This document shows, piece after piece, positions 52,713 to 64,000 of a stretch of DNA of 64,000 nucleotides. How positions within the stretch are numbered: the stretch's first letter is position 1; every line of letters begins with the position of its first letter. The position numbers and the translations under genes were made by a program. The notes beneath the pieces were generated by a model. That model saw nothing but the letters and a program-made list of their open reading frames with translations, searched no databases and had not been told where the DNA came from. Origin of the DNA: Lama guanicoe (lineage: Eukaryota); the NCBI GenBank assembly GCA_013239625.1, contig MU054391.1, forward strand, positions 9,023,095 through 9,087,094, given 5' to 3'.

Positions 52713-53924
52713 CAAGTGGGTACAGAGTGTTTAGAAGATGGCAGGGTGAGTACACTGACTGCCTAAGACAGCCAAGGACAGGGGAAGGGACAGTTCCTTA
52801 AAGGCTGAATGCTAGAAAGGGCATTTGATTAAATAGGCAGCTTTACTGAACAATACTTGTATACATTTGAAATACATTTGGCTTAAAATTGTTGAACTAA
52901 AGAACCAGAGGTTCATATAACAAAACAATAGAGTAGAAAAATCACACTGACATGATAGCTGGAAGTAATCTAGATTCATTTGTCCATTTGTTCTGTGTGA
53001 TATAACAAAGCTGGGTTAAGTGCATACTCCACGTCACGCCTCGTGCTTGCAGCAGAAGATAAAATGAGCAAGAGACATGACTCCTGACCTCATTCATCTT
53101 AAAACCTAGAGGGAGCACAGACGACAAAATATGTCACTCAAGAGAATGAGATTATTTACTCCTACCTCTAATTAGGTTGCAATCACAACCACCAACGGCA
53201 ACCCTCTTTCACCGACACAAGAAAAGGGGAACAGACATTTTCATCTCCTGGGAGGTTACCACCTTTCTGAGTCACATAAAGAGCCCTGCTAACCAAAGGA
53301 AAGTTTTCTTCCAGAAATTTCAGTAGATTTTGAGGTGTGACAGAAAGGAAGAAACTAACAAACGAAGGACTGCTTACGATTAAAAGCAGAAAAAAAAAAT
53401 TTACTAAGCAATGATACAAAGCAGATGAAGAGAATGAACATTCCTTCTGAACACTTACCGAGAGGGTCAATTTTAAAAGATGACAGTTTGGGCCAAGGAC
53501 CTGGTCAGGGAAATTTGGGAGAAAGTCTTTCACACAGTGCTGCAGAAGGAACCAAGAGGAAAAGAAGGAGAAGGATGCACCGAGGGCACCAGCAGAAAAG
53601 GTAACATACATGTAACTGACTCCTAATGACTCCTCTGCTCACCACTGTCCGTACAAGTGCCTCACACCATGAAAGGTTCATTTTAAAACAATTCGAAATA
53701 CTCTGTGACCCAGGATGTAACCAGCCCCAGGACTCGCATCCAGAGATCTATACAGAGCTGCAGACCTTGAAACAATCTCAGGGCAGTCACACCTCAGCCA
53801 AGAACAGCCTTGGACCCCCATCTCGGGTTAGCTCTTGCCTGGGGCAAAGGAGAGAAAGAACTGAACAGCTGTCATAACAGCTAGAACATGGGACCCTCTC
53901 CCCTCTTCCAGCAACAACAATATT

Positions 53925-54145
53925 AATAATGGGCAACACTGATCGAAACCTTACTGTGTATCAAGCATACTTGCCTGCATGAACTCACAACAACTCAATG
54001 ATATAGATACCATTTGGCCTACAATTTACAGACGAAGACACTGACGCCCTGAAAAATTAAGTTAACTGACTCAAAGCCACCCAGATCCAAAATGGTGAAG
54101 TAGGATTCAAGCTACAGTAGCTGGCTTCCGGAGTTTGCTCTTTTG
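53925..54145 (-). mobile_element. MIR SINE
   Basis: aatttacagacgaagacactgacg...ttaagttaactgactcaaagccac...aggattcaa. Confidence 0.7.
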
Positions 54146-56639
54146 ATGATTGTATTCTGCTTCGGGTGGCACTATTTCCTCACTGTGAAAGAAGGCAGGA
54201 TGGGGTGAGAAATAACAGACGAACCTATGGGCAAACAATAGTTTGCGATGAAAATAAAAGTTGGGTTTTCTAATGTGGGCATCTGATTGGCCTATTTCTT
54301 ATGTTATCATCTTTGTAACTGCCAAAAGACTAAACAGAGTAGATGCACTTTCCTTAGTTGACTTTTAACTTTTTCTTTCCCGTGCCTTAGAGTCTGTGTC
54401 TCTGCCTTCTATTTCCAGGGGGTTCTCAGGGCATTTATTCTCCCTTGTGGTTACAAAGGCAGTAAGCCTTTAACCTGGCAAGGGGGAGGGATGGAAAGGA
54501 AATCCAAAACCTCGCATATTGATCTTTTAAACTTTCGGCGCTGTATCTCAAAGCCCTGACAACAATTTATGTTAATTATCCTTTTCAATGCTGGGAAACT
54601 GAGCAACACTAAGAAAGAGCAGTCAGCTTACTCTGCGGCCTGGAGCAGTATGGAACAGGACAGGCAGTACAGGACGCAGCATCCCACACAAAATGTTGTA
54701 AGTGTCTGTGCACAAGATTTGAACTTGGGAGGGACAGAGGATTGAAAAGAAAAAAAGTTATTCAGCATCAAGCCGTGAGCTACTTTCAGTGAGTTCCTCT
54801 CAGACACCAGTAATGAGCTCTTCAGATACTTCTCCCAGAGATCCCTGAAGTCCAGTTTATAACCAGGCCAATAACTCTCTTCTTGATTTCTGAAGCCACT
54901 TGTTCAGTTCTCTTGACTTCAGGGCCAAAATGAGTTGTTTATTATTCATAGCAAGTATAAAAAAAGACCATCACAACCTGTGGTCAGTTCCAAGGCTGGC
55001 AACTTGTAGTCTCGTAACTTGCACATGAGCATTAGCCACATTTTTGAAAAGATTTATGCACATCAAGTGTATACAGATGGTCATTTTCAAGTCATTTTTT
55101 CCAGCAATACTTATTAAGCATCTAATTTGCTAAATCATTGCATTTTTGGAGGCTATGGGATATACAGAGACCTTTGGAACAAGAATTGGTGACCTTGTAA
55201 TTTGAAAATACTTAAGCAGAATCATCTACCAAAAAAAATAATTAAGGCTTTTATAATATACATCGGTCCTCGTGTAACCTTGGGCCAATCAGCTAACTTC
55301 TCTGGAACACAAGTTTTCTTACCTTATGAAACAAGATTTTGTTCATTCAGCAAACAACATAGCCAGGTTAAAGACTGGTCCTGAAGTCCCATAGACCCTG
55401 GGTAGACTGCTGGCACTGAGATTTGGACCTCAGTTTCCTCATTTGTTGCTGTGGGGGTATATTAGTAAATCCCCTACAGAGGCATGAAGATTAAGTCATC
55501 TACTTAAATCTCTAAAGGCTAGCAAATAGCAGCTTGTAAGTGGTCAATAAACCTTGTCTGTTTTCATTTTCATTATTGCTAATGGAGTCCATTCTACACC
55601 AAGTATTGATAAAAAGGCCCAAAATATAAAGCTGTGTAGAGCTCAAGCCAATCTTCAAGGCATTCACTTTGGAAAGAGGAAGAAAGTCACGACATAGGTT
55701 TGCAATAAAATGGGGTGATACCTCTAGGAGTTTGCACCAGTGGCCAAGGGGACACACAGAGGAAGCATTCAGTTCTCCCTGGGGAAAAAGTAGATTCCAC
55801 CAAGAAGCTGCTGGAACCCAGCCTTGAAAGTAGAACCAATGGTCTAAGAACTCTTCAAGGCTTAACGCTATAAGCTTTTTAAACGATTGATCTAGAACTT
55901 CACATCTATGAAAGTCATCTTGCAGCATCCAGTATCCAGGGCACATTCATTAACTTTCCATCCAGAAAAGCGATCATTAATTCCTGCTGGACACTCTCCT
56001 CCCACAAAACCAAACAAAAATCCCTTAGCAAAGGCAGTTCTGGGAGCTGGAAAACAATAGTATGTCGGTATTCGTGATGCACCCCTTTCACAGACAGACA
56101 ACTGCAGGCCAATATTACAGGCCCAGTCCGGGAGGGGGTTGGCCAAGGCTCCGACTTCTCAGTCGCATTTGACACCGCGCTTTTTTTTAAACCAGAGGCC
56201 AGTGCTGGGTCAGCAGTTTCACACGGGTCAAAGGAGACGAGCCGAAGATTGCAGGAGCAAAGGCGCAATTTCAAAGGCGTCGTTGCCAGGCTGGAAAAAG
56301 TCTGTGCGCCAAGGACCAGCCCAGGGGCGATCGGGAACCAAGGCTCCAGGGGCCCCAGGAGAGTCCCAGGTACCCGTCTCTGACAATGTCGCTCCCGGCC
56401 CCGGGCCGCCCAACGTGCCGGGGTGCACTGGGGCTTCTCCACCCGCAGACTCAGCTACATTGCTGGAGTCTGTTCTCCCAGAACCCAGAACGCGGGCGGA
56501 CGGTGGGCACAGTTCCCAACAGCTGGAGCAGCCGCGAGGCGCGGATGGAAGCGCGCAGAGGCGCCGTACAGAAGCGCCCAACCCCTCGCGCGCTCCCGGC
56601 CGGCGCTCACACCTCCGCTCCCGGGGGCGGCGCGCGCTC

Positions 56640-56800
56640 GGGTGCGCGGGGGCAGGGCGGGGCGGGGCGCACGCTGGAGACCCGCCCCTGCGTCCCCCAC
56701 CCCCACTCCAGCGGAGATTGACAAGGCCTGGGCACCAGCCCCAACCAATCAGCGCGTCCTAGGGCGGGCCCTGGAAGCCGCTGCTCAGGCTACTTAGAGC
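56640..56800 (+). promoter_or_regulatory. LRATD1 core/proximal promoter: GC boxes and CCAAT box
   Basis: Tandem GGGCGG boxes at 56655-56667, CCAATC at 56745-56750 and GGGCGG at 56762-56767. No canonical TATA box. Confidence 0.7.
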
Positions 56801-56809
56801 CGTCCGCTG

Positions 56810-57051
56810 GGCTGAAGGAAAGCAGAACGGAGTCGGGACTGCCCAGGTGGAGCAGGCTCCCCTGCCAGCGCGGACGGGCAGGCGCACGGGCACCGCGCCG
56901 AGAACCGCACCGCACCGATCCGCGCGGGGCAGAGCTGAGCCGCAGCCCCACTCGCCGCCCAGGACCCGCTCGCCATCACCACCTCCACAGCACCCATGGG
57001 GACCAGGAGACTTTAAAGGAGTTTGGGGTTTCGGGAGCAGGGAAATCACGG
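56810..57051 (+). other. LRATD1: Probable non-coding exon 1 of LRATD1 (both ends uncertain)
   Basis: Follows the CCAAT/GC boxes. Candidate donors are CGG|GTACGA (GT at 57052) and CGG|GTAGGA (GT at 57122). The TSS is inferred, not observed. Confidence 0.45.
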
Positions 57052-58003
57052 GTACGAAGAGTCAGCTTTCTTTGCCTTGGAAACGTGTTTTCTTCCTCCG
57101 ATTGTCTGGACCCTGTGCCGGGTAGGAGGGAGAGGGGTCTTTTGGCTGAAAGTGGACCTCGCTACACAACCCACACGCACACCCGCGCATATACATACAC
57201 CGCACTGGCTTCCCCCATCCTTCCCTTGCCTCTTTGTTAGGTTATTTTAGACAGAGCAGCCTCGCCCTGGCGCAGCCAGATTGGCTCTGCTGGGCAGAAG
57301 GCAAGAGAACTAAGGGGCAGAGCGTGCCTGCCTATGTGGGCAGGTGTGTCCGGGTGCGTGGGTGTACGTGCACTGGCGAGCGTGCAAGCATGGGGTTGGA
57401 ATTGTGTAGGAATGTGGGAGTCTGAGTGTGTCGTCGCGAAGGTTTGTCATTGTGTGTGTATGTGACATTATCACACGAGTGTACCCGCCAGTGAGTGGAT
57501 TCAAGTGTGCAAAATTTTGCTGATGTCAAGTGAGTGCCTGCGAATGTGTCTGACTGTTATTGTGCGAGGCGCTGTCGGGGAGGAGTGTGATCTAGTGTAA
57601 ACCAGAGAGGTGGGCTGGAGAGGGTGGGGGTAGAAATATGAGCGCAGCTTGATCCAAGCTCTGGGGCCTGAGGCGCCCCTTCTTTCTCCCAACCTAACCC
57701 TCCGTCCTTTCCTGAGTGTCCCGACTCCCAAGATGCCACAATCCGCGCTGTGCTCCCCACTGGGACCCCATACGGCCTCCAGCCCTCCTGCCTTTTCTCT
57801 TGTGGGAGTTGGACCAGATTCCCGTACAGGGTCCGAGGCTTTGTGGTGGCGTGCAGCTCTCGCCCGCCGGACTGGTGGTTTCTGTGAGGGTCCTGGCCCC
57901 AGATTGGCACGGGGTGCTCGGCTGGCGCGGTTTACTCCAGTAGAGGCGCTCGGGCGGCCGGGTCGCAGGGACGCTGCTTGTCCTGGGCAGGGGCAGCCGG
58001 ACT

Positions 58004-58040
58004 CTGACCGTGTCTCTGCCTCTCCTCTGTGCTTCCGCAG
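58004..58040 (+). other. Branch point, polypyrimidine tract and 3' splice acceptor of the LRATD1 coding exon
   Basis: CTGAC at 58004-58008, then tgtctctgcctctcctctgtgcttccgcAG ending at 58040, 36 nt before the ATG. Confidence 0.85.
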
Positions 58041-58076
58041 ATCCCGGCTCCTGGCCCTCGCCTCGCCGCGTCATTG

Positions 58077-58955
58077 ATGGGCAACCAACTGGACCGCATC
58101 ACCCACCTCAACTACAGCGAGTTGCCCACAGGGGACCCATCCGGGATCGAGAAGGACGAGCTGCGGGTCGGGGTCGCCTACTTCTTCTCAGATGAGGAGG
58201 AGGACCTGGACGAACGCGGCCAGCCCGACAAGTTTGGCGTGAAGGCCCCCCCGGGCTGCACTCCCTGCCCAGAGAGCCCCAGCCGCCACCACCACCACCT
58301 GCTGCACCAGCTGGTCCTCAACGAAACTCAGTTCTCCGCCTTTCGGGGCCAGGAATGCATCTTTTCCAAAGTGAGCGGCGGCCCGCAGGGCGCCGACTTG
58401 AGTGTCTACGCGGTCACCGCACTGCCCGCGCTCTGCGAGCCCGGCGACCTGCTGGAGCTGCTGTGGCTGCAGCCCGCGCCGGAGCCGCCCGCGCCCGCCC
58501 CGCACTGGGCCGTCTACGTGGGCGGCGGGCAGATCATCCACCTGCACCAAGGCGAGATCCGCCAGGACAGCCTGTACGAGGCGGGCGCGGCCAACGTGGG
58601 CCGGGTGGTGAATAGCTGGTACCGCTACCGCCCGCTGGTGGCCGAGCTGGTGGTGCAGAACGCCTGCGGCCACCTGGGCCTCAAGAGCGAGGAGATCTGC
58701 TGGACGAACTCGGAGAGCTTCGCCGCCTGGTGCCGCTTCGGCAAGCGGGAGTTTAAGGCGGGAGGGGAGGTGCCGGCCGGCACGCAGCCCCCGCAGCAGC
58801 AGTACTATCTCAAGGTGCACCTGGGTGAGAACAAGGTGCACACGGCCAGGTTTCACAGCCTGGAAGACCTCATCCACGAGAAGCGCCGCATCGACGCCAG
58901 CGGCCGCCTGCGTGTACTCCAGGAGCTCGCCGACCTCGTGGACGACAAGGAGTAG
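58077..58955 (+). CDS. LRATD1: LRAT domain-containing protein 1 (FAM84A / NSE1), 292 aa, whole CDS in one exon
   Basis: ATG at 58077 (ttgATGG) to TAG at 58953-58955. The protein MGNQLDRITHLNYSELPTGDPSGIEKDELRVGVAYFF...PGDLLEL...HWAVYVGGGQIIHL...NSESFAAWCRFG...LQELADLVDDKE is recognised as FAM84A/LRATD1; the paralogue FAM84B starts MGNQVEKLTHL. Strong GC3 codon bias. The ORF-track start at 58029 lies upstream of the splice acceptor. Confidence 0.97.
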   Translation: MGNQLDRITHLNYSELPTGDPSGIEKDELRVGVAYFFSDEEEDLDERGQPDKFGVKAPPGCTPCPESPSRHHHHLLHQLVLNETQFSAFRGQECIFSKVSGGPQGADLSVYAVTALPALCEPGDLLELLWLQPAPEPPAPAPHWAVYVGGGQIIHLHQGEIRQDSLYEAGAANVGRVVNSWYRYRPLVAELVVQNACGHLGLKSEEICWTNSESFAAWCRFGKREFKAGGEVPAGTQPPQQQYYLKVHLGENKVHTARFHSLEDLIHEKRRIDASGRLRVLQELADLVDDKE

Positions 58956-61900
58956 CCTGCTGGGATGGGGGGGGGGGCGCCTGCCCCTCCAGTCTCCCGG
59001 CGCCCCGCTCCCTCCCCCGCACCCGGGCTTCTAGGCCGGAGATTCACGCCCCCCGCCCCTCCTCGAGTGCCCAGTGGCCAGGCTGCAGCCTCGCACCCCT
59101 CCATCAAGTGGCAGGAAGTCTCAGGACCTGGCCCCGGGACTGAAAGGGCTTTGCGCGCCGGGCTGAGGCCCCCAGTGGTGGTGACGGTGTCGGGCGAGCC
59201 AGCGTGCGCTCTCCCCTTGAGTTGTAAGTGGGGAGAGAAGAATGGGCTGAGGGGAGCAGGGACCAGGCCTCTCCCACGAGTCACTAATCAGTGACTCTCA
59301 CCCGACCTACTAGAAAGGGACCGCTCCAAACGCGCACGCACAGACCGGTGGGAGGTGAGAACTGATCTTTTCGGGGCACAGTTCAGCTCCTGTATGGATT
59401 TGTCCCCAGATTGCAGGATTTCCAAGAAATCAAGCCTGTCCCTTATGCACTTGGGAATAATTCCACAAGAGAGCACTTTGGGACTCCGAGTCCTCCCGAG
59501 GCTGCCCGGGACTTTTCCAGCTCTCCAGCCCCTGGTCTCGTGACACTGTATTCCAGTCTCCGGGCTAAGCTACACAGTGTTTGCTTCCTATTCTTTCCAC
59601 TGAAGGAAGCGAACGCCATCCCCCACCCGCCTTTGCCTGTGAGTCTCCCTCGCTGGTAGAAGGGAAGCCTCCCTGGTCCCCGGAGGAAAATGGCGCAGCT
59701 AATTTGATGATCAGAGTCGGCCCCGCCCCCCGGCAAGGAGAAGGTTCACCTGGTGTCTGAGAACTTGAATTTGTGCCGAGGGCGCTTGTTTTTAACCTTA
59801 GGTTGCTCCCTCCTGGGGCCGCGTTTCAAAAATAACCAAATTTTTAAAGGAGTTGGAGGAGAGGGAGGGGGAAGGCATGGCAACATTCCAGAAACCAGCA
59901 TCATTACAACACCATAGCCAGTATATTTAGTTTGGCTTTTCCTAACATAGAAATCTTCGAAGGCGGAAAGTGGAAATAAAGTTTTAAAAGCTAGAGAGCA
60001 GTTTTCCAACTATGTCAACAAAGCTTATCGTGTTGATGTTTTTATTGACCATTTTAGCAACATGCTAATAAAATTTCAAATTGAAATTTTTATTTTCATG
60101 GCTTTAATCCATGATAGTTTAAATACTGGGGGCCATTAAGAGCGGATTTAGCTAAGAGCTTAGCTAACATTGCCTTTTCACTCTATTTTTCTCGAATCTT
60201 ATGAGAATTCTGTTTTCAAATACTGTACTTGATTTTTTTTTTGTGGGGGCGGAGGGCTTAAATAGCCCTAGTAATGGTGGAGTTGTTAATCAATGTGTAT
60301 TTTGTGCTGAATTTCTGTCAGTTGAGGGGTTTACTGCTTTGGTGGAAGTTTGCTAGCAGGTTCCATGATGCTGCCTTTTTCCATATTGTATACCATCACC
60401 ATTCCACATTTGCGTTTTTAATTTTCTTCCTTTCCTCCATCTTAAAAACAAAACAAAACAAAACAACGAATGTGGCGTTGGTGGCTTTTCCCCCTCCTCT
60501 TTAGCCAATTCCACAATTTATTCCTGAAAACCGGAAAGAACTTCTAGAATCAGGATGAATTTTTTTTTTTTTCAAAAATTAAGGCTGACTGACACCCTTT
60601 CCTTGGGCAAGGACTTACCAACTTCTCCCCCTGTGCTGCAGCCTCAGCCTGACTAACTGTTACTTGATTCTGTGTGTGTTAGACACCCACAGCATCTACG
60701 TCCCTTTCAAGGGATCTTGTCAAATAATGGTGTTTAGCTAATTGTTGCAAGCAATTGCGTATTGACAGCTGTGATTTAGTTGGATCGAAAATATTATGGC
60801 CAAAGTCAGTTTCCTGGCATTTCAAAAATAATGCAATAAAAACTAGTTGAGGTTAGCTGAGACTGGAAATGCCTTTTTCATGGTAAAGTGATTCATTTCT
60901 GTTTTGTTTTGTTTTGTTTTGGTTTGGTTTTCCTCCTGGATTCATCCCCTGATCTTGAATTTAAAAGGTCAGATCAATGAAAGATGAACTAGAGTATTTT
61001 TCTTAAGCCTATTGAGTGATTTATTTTTTAAAAATGTTTAAATGCATATGCTTTCCTTTCAGCACATACAACAGGAAAACTTTTGTAATATGGAACTTAC
61101 CTTTGCATGTAGGGCGAACTGAAAATCATTTATTTACCTTACTTATTCCTCTTTCAAGTTATCAGATGGCAGATCATCAACCGAAATTCTTTATTGTATC
61201 TACACACTCCACATTCTTTACTGTGTCCTCCTACTGTATCTTGGCTCTCTGCTGTATTAAATACCATTGTAAGCATTTGTTCCAAGAGGACTCCTTGATA
61301 TTTTGTCTCCCACCTGTCACTCACGGGGTGGGGGCAGGGGGGCGGGCTTTAGCAAAAGAACTGTATCAGTCTCTCACACTTAAGATGAAGATTTACTTCC
61401 TCTGATGGCAGGTAATCTGATTTTTGCTCTTACTAAGAGGCTCACTGTAACAGAGGGATGGCTTATCAGCTTTATACTTGCTGAGACTAGATTAGCAATA
61501 AAAAGAAGAGTCTGGCAGCCAAAGTAGCACACATTACTATACTGGTCTATTAAGGATTGGGCTGATGACAAAACACCTACAAATTCTCAATAGTAAAATC
61601 CAGGCTTCAAAGGAAACTTAACAGGTCTGCACAGGTCCTCACATTCCTCCTGAAATAATTATTTATAATCTGTTGGTCAATATTAATAATAACCAGTGGC
61701 AGAATAATTCTACTCCTAGTGCATCGTGAAGAGGATATTATCAAGATATTATCTCAGACTTTTATGCTGAAAAACGTGTATGTTTTTAGGACTTTATTAA
61801 CTGTGAGAGTGAAACCAAGAAGATAGACGTTCTCTTCGAAGATGACTTGAGCAGACTTGACTTTTATTATGAGTGAAGAAGATATCTCTGGATTTTCTCA

Positions 61901-62340
61901 GAGTTCTAGAAATTAAGCCAAAAGCCTCCTGACATTTGAAGAAGGGTCAGGAATTTCGTTTTGGTTTTCATTATCCTCGAACAGAGCTTCCCATGATAAC
62001 TTTCATGATGTTGAGTATGGCTGAGCTGGTGGTCGGTCCTACCACTGGTAAAGAAAGCTATCCTTAGGCTAGACCCTCAGCCTTTCTCTACTTTGGAGAG
62101 TGATTCTGAAAAGCAAACTACTGAAAAAAAAAAAGAATATGTTTACCCCAAAGGGTGCTTTGTCTCCCATTTTGTAGTTAAGGAAAAAAAAATGTTGGGT
62201 GTATGGTAAGAAGGGAGCCTACATATACTCTAAACAAACCAGCTCTGAAACACTGTTATTCCTAAAGTATATCCCTTTGTTAAAAAAAAAAATCCTGTAG
62301 AAATAACATATATTGCATTTATTTTTTTAAATTAAAAGTA
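58956..62340 (+). other. LRATD1: LRATD1 3' UTR with several candidate polyadenylation signals (true 3' end unknown)
   Basis: Repeat-poor sequence that becomes AT-rich after the stop. AATAAA at 59975, 60067, 60835 and 61497; ATTAAA at 62331. Confidence 0.55.
60901..60930. repeat. (GTTTT)n pentanucleotide repeat in the 3' UTR
   Basis: gttttgttttgttttgttttggtttggttt. Confidence 0.85.
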
Positions 62341-62355
62341 TATTAATGAGCCAAA

Positions 62356-62377
62356 TATATATATATATATATATATA
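62356..62377. repeat. (TA)n microsatellite
   Basis: About 11 TA units read directly. Confidence 0.9.
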
Positions 62378-64000
62378 AAGTTCTTCAGTGTTTAAAAATT
62401 GAAATGCCTGTCATGATTATGTCATTCAATGAAGCAATACTATAGTTAATTAAAATTAGAAAACATAGAAGCAGCTGTAAATTCAGTGATATTACCTAGT
62501 TTTATCAGATTTTCAGAATGTTGATGTCTATCTGCCTCTTTGTGTCACGTTTCTATGGTGAACGCTTTTGTTTGAATAATGATTTTTTTTAAGACAAGCA
62601 TGCTATTGGTGTTTACAAAAGATTTACCTGAATAATCAGCATATCCTAATAGTCTTCAAACTATTGATTATTGTTGTGTTTGCTTTCAACACCCCTAAGA
62701 ATTCAGTGTCTTCGGCATTTTGTACATGGAGCAGGGTCAAATTTCAGTGAAACTCATACTAATTGCACAAACATAATGCAGCTACCTAATTTACTTTCAC
62801 CTACATGCCTGTTTTTAAAGTGTTCTGCTTTTTTTTAAACAAATGAGGAGACTCTAGTTAGATTTGGCATTCAGAGATGATTTGCCATGTGCATAAAGGG
62901 TCTGTACCTGAAAAGCACAGGCTTTGAGATTTCTGGAAACATTATGAACTGTGCTTATAAAATGATTGTCTAAGACCCAACTCGATTTTTGGTTGACAAT
63001 GACTAGCTATTAGCAGGAGATATATATATAATCCTTATAAACATATGTATGCATATGTATACACATTTACACATATATGTGCACATGGACATATGTGTAC
63101 CCATATATAAAGATACATTTCTACCTATAGTAATTGTGATTTCATTCAGAGATACATACACACACACATACATGCAAACTATTTTTTTTTTTTTAAACGG
63201 GGAGTGACTTGAGATCTGCATCAACAGGAAGAGTTCCAGGGGTCAAAATAGCTAATGAGTAACTGGACCGGCAAGGCAGCTACGCCCAAAACTAAACAAA
63301 AACAAAAAGAAGAAACTGTGGGAGTTGCAGTTAGTTTAGTCTCACTTTTAGAAGACGTATGTTCCTTGTTTCTCTAAAGCTGACAAAAGACTCAAAGGAA
63401 AGCCATAAAGATTAGGAAGCAATTGCAAAATGAGACACAAGATGAAGCGGGGAGGTTACGAGATGATAAAAGAAACTAATAAGCTTTTCAGCAGAGATAC
63501 CTGCTCTCCATTCTGTCTGAAGGCTGGAAAGCCAAGAGCTTATTTTCCAACTATTTAATAATTTATAAAATCGCTTTGATTTCGTAACTCCTAGGTTGTA
63601 TGTTTACCTCATTTGAACTTGTAATATAAGCGATTTGAGTATTTGAATATGTTGGGGGAAAGGAAAAACCGCCTTCTCTGACCTTACTGTGGGTGAGGTG
63701 TGTGATCCACGCATCCACTGAGAGCACCCAGATTATCAGTTGCCCATACTGGGGGCTTGGCACATAGTAGGTGCTCAGAATATGTAAGAACTGCGGCATT
63801 TCTCTACTTAAGTGGTACTTGGTGATACTTGATTGCTAGGAAAATCAGAAATCCCACCACTTGGCTTAACTCTAAGGAGAACCTAAATTTCTTTCACTGA
63901 AATTGGAGGGTTTTCTCACCTTAGAAGGCTCACAGAAATATAATTTATGAAGCTTAAGGCTGATTTCAGTTAAAGAGTATTCTGGATATTCTGTATGCTT

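Larger units (their letters stand above)
56250..59360. promoter_or_regulatory. CpG island covering the LRATD1 promoter, first intron and CDS
   Basis: Abrupt rise in GC content and CpG density (many CGCG/GCGC) compared with the CpG-depleted flanks. Boundaries estimated by eye. Confidence 0.9.

Noticed and set aside
1..55900. Remaining short ORFs, and the idea of a novel multi-gene system
   Set aside because: The ORFs are 60-190 aa, mostly with non-ATG starts, no codon bias and no recognisable domains, and often lie inside repeats. This is consistent with random ORFs in intergenic mammalian DNA.
55915..58074. Many overlapping 100-207 aa Pro/Arg/Gly/Ala-rich ORFs
   Set aside because: Stop codons are scarce in CpG-island DNA. 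The translations are low-complexity and occur in all frames.
58029..58076. 16-aa N-terminal extension of LRATD1 in the ORF track (308 aa)
   Set aside because: It starts at a GTG inside the polypyrimidine tract, upstream of the acceptor at 58040. The recognised protein starts at ATG 58077 with MG.
58188..58877. 229-aa antisense ORF over the CDS
   Set aside because: A shadow ORF expected from the high GC3 bias of the sense gene; no recognisable domain.
58077..58955. Identification as FAM84B/LRATD2 or as a processed pseudogene
   Set aside because: The N-terminus and 292-aa length fit FAM84A. An upstream intron, promoter CpG island and intact frame, with no poly(A) tail or TSD, argue against a retrocopy.

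Overview
This is mammalian genomic DNA, very probably from a camelid, because it carries four copies of a tRNA(Ala)-derived SINE resembling the camelid vic-1 family plus cetartiodactyl-type L1 3' ends. The first ~56 kb is gene-poor intergenic sequence made of decayed repeats (L1, L2, MIR, MaLR LTRs, hAT-Charlie MERs) and several unique, motif-dense blocks that look like distal regulatory elements. The only supportable protein-coding gene is LRATD1 (FAM84A/NSE1) on the + strand. It has a CpG-island promoter (~56.2-59.4 kb), a non-coding first exon, a clear acceptor at 58040, a single-exon 292-aa CDS at 58077-58955 and a long AT-rich 3' UTR. All other ORFs in the track look like noise or repeat remnants. 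I see no evidence of a new multi-gene system. The best leads are cis-regulatory or structural: an orphan promoter-like CpG patch over a MER5 element, a recursive-splice-like site next to a G-quadruplex tract, homeodomain-motif clusters, a uORF, a twin-primed L1, a nested L1 and a tandem duplication with a microhomology deletion. Repeat family names and human comparisons are from recognition or memory, not from database searches, and repeat boundaries are approximate.
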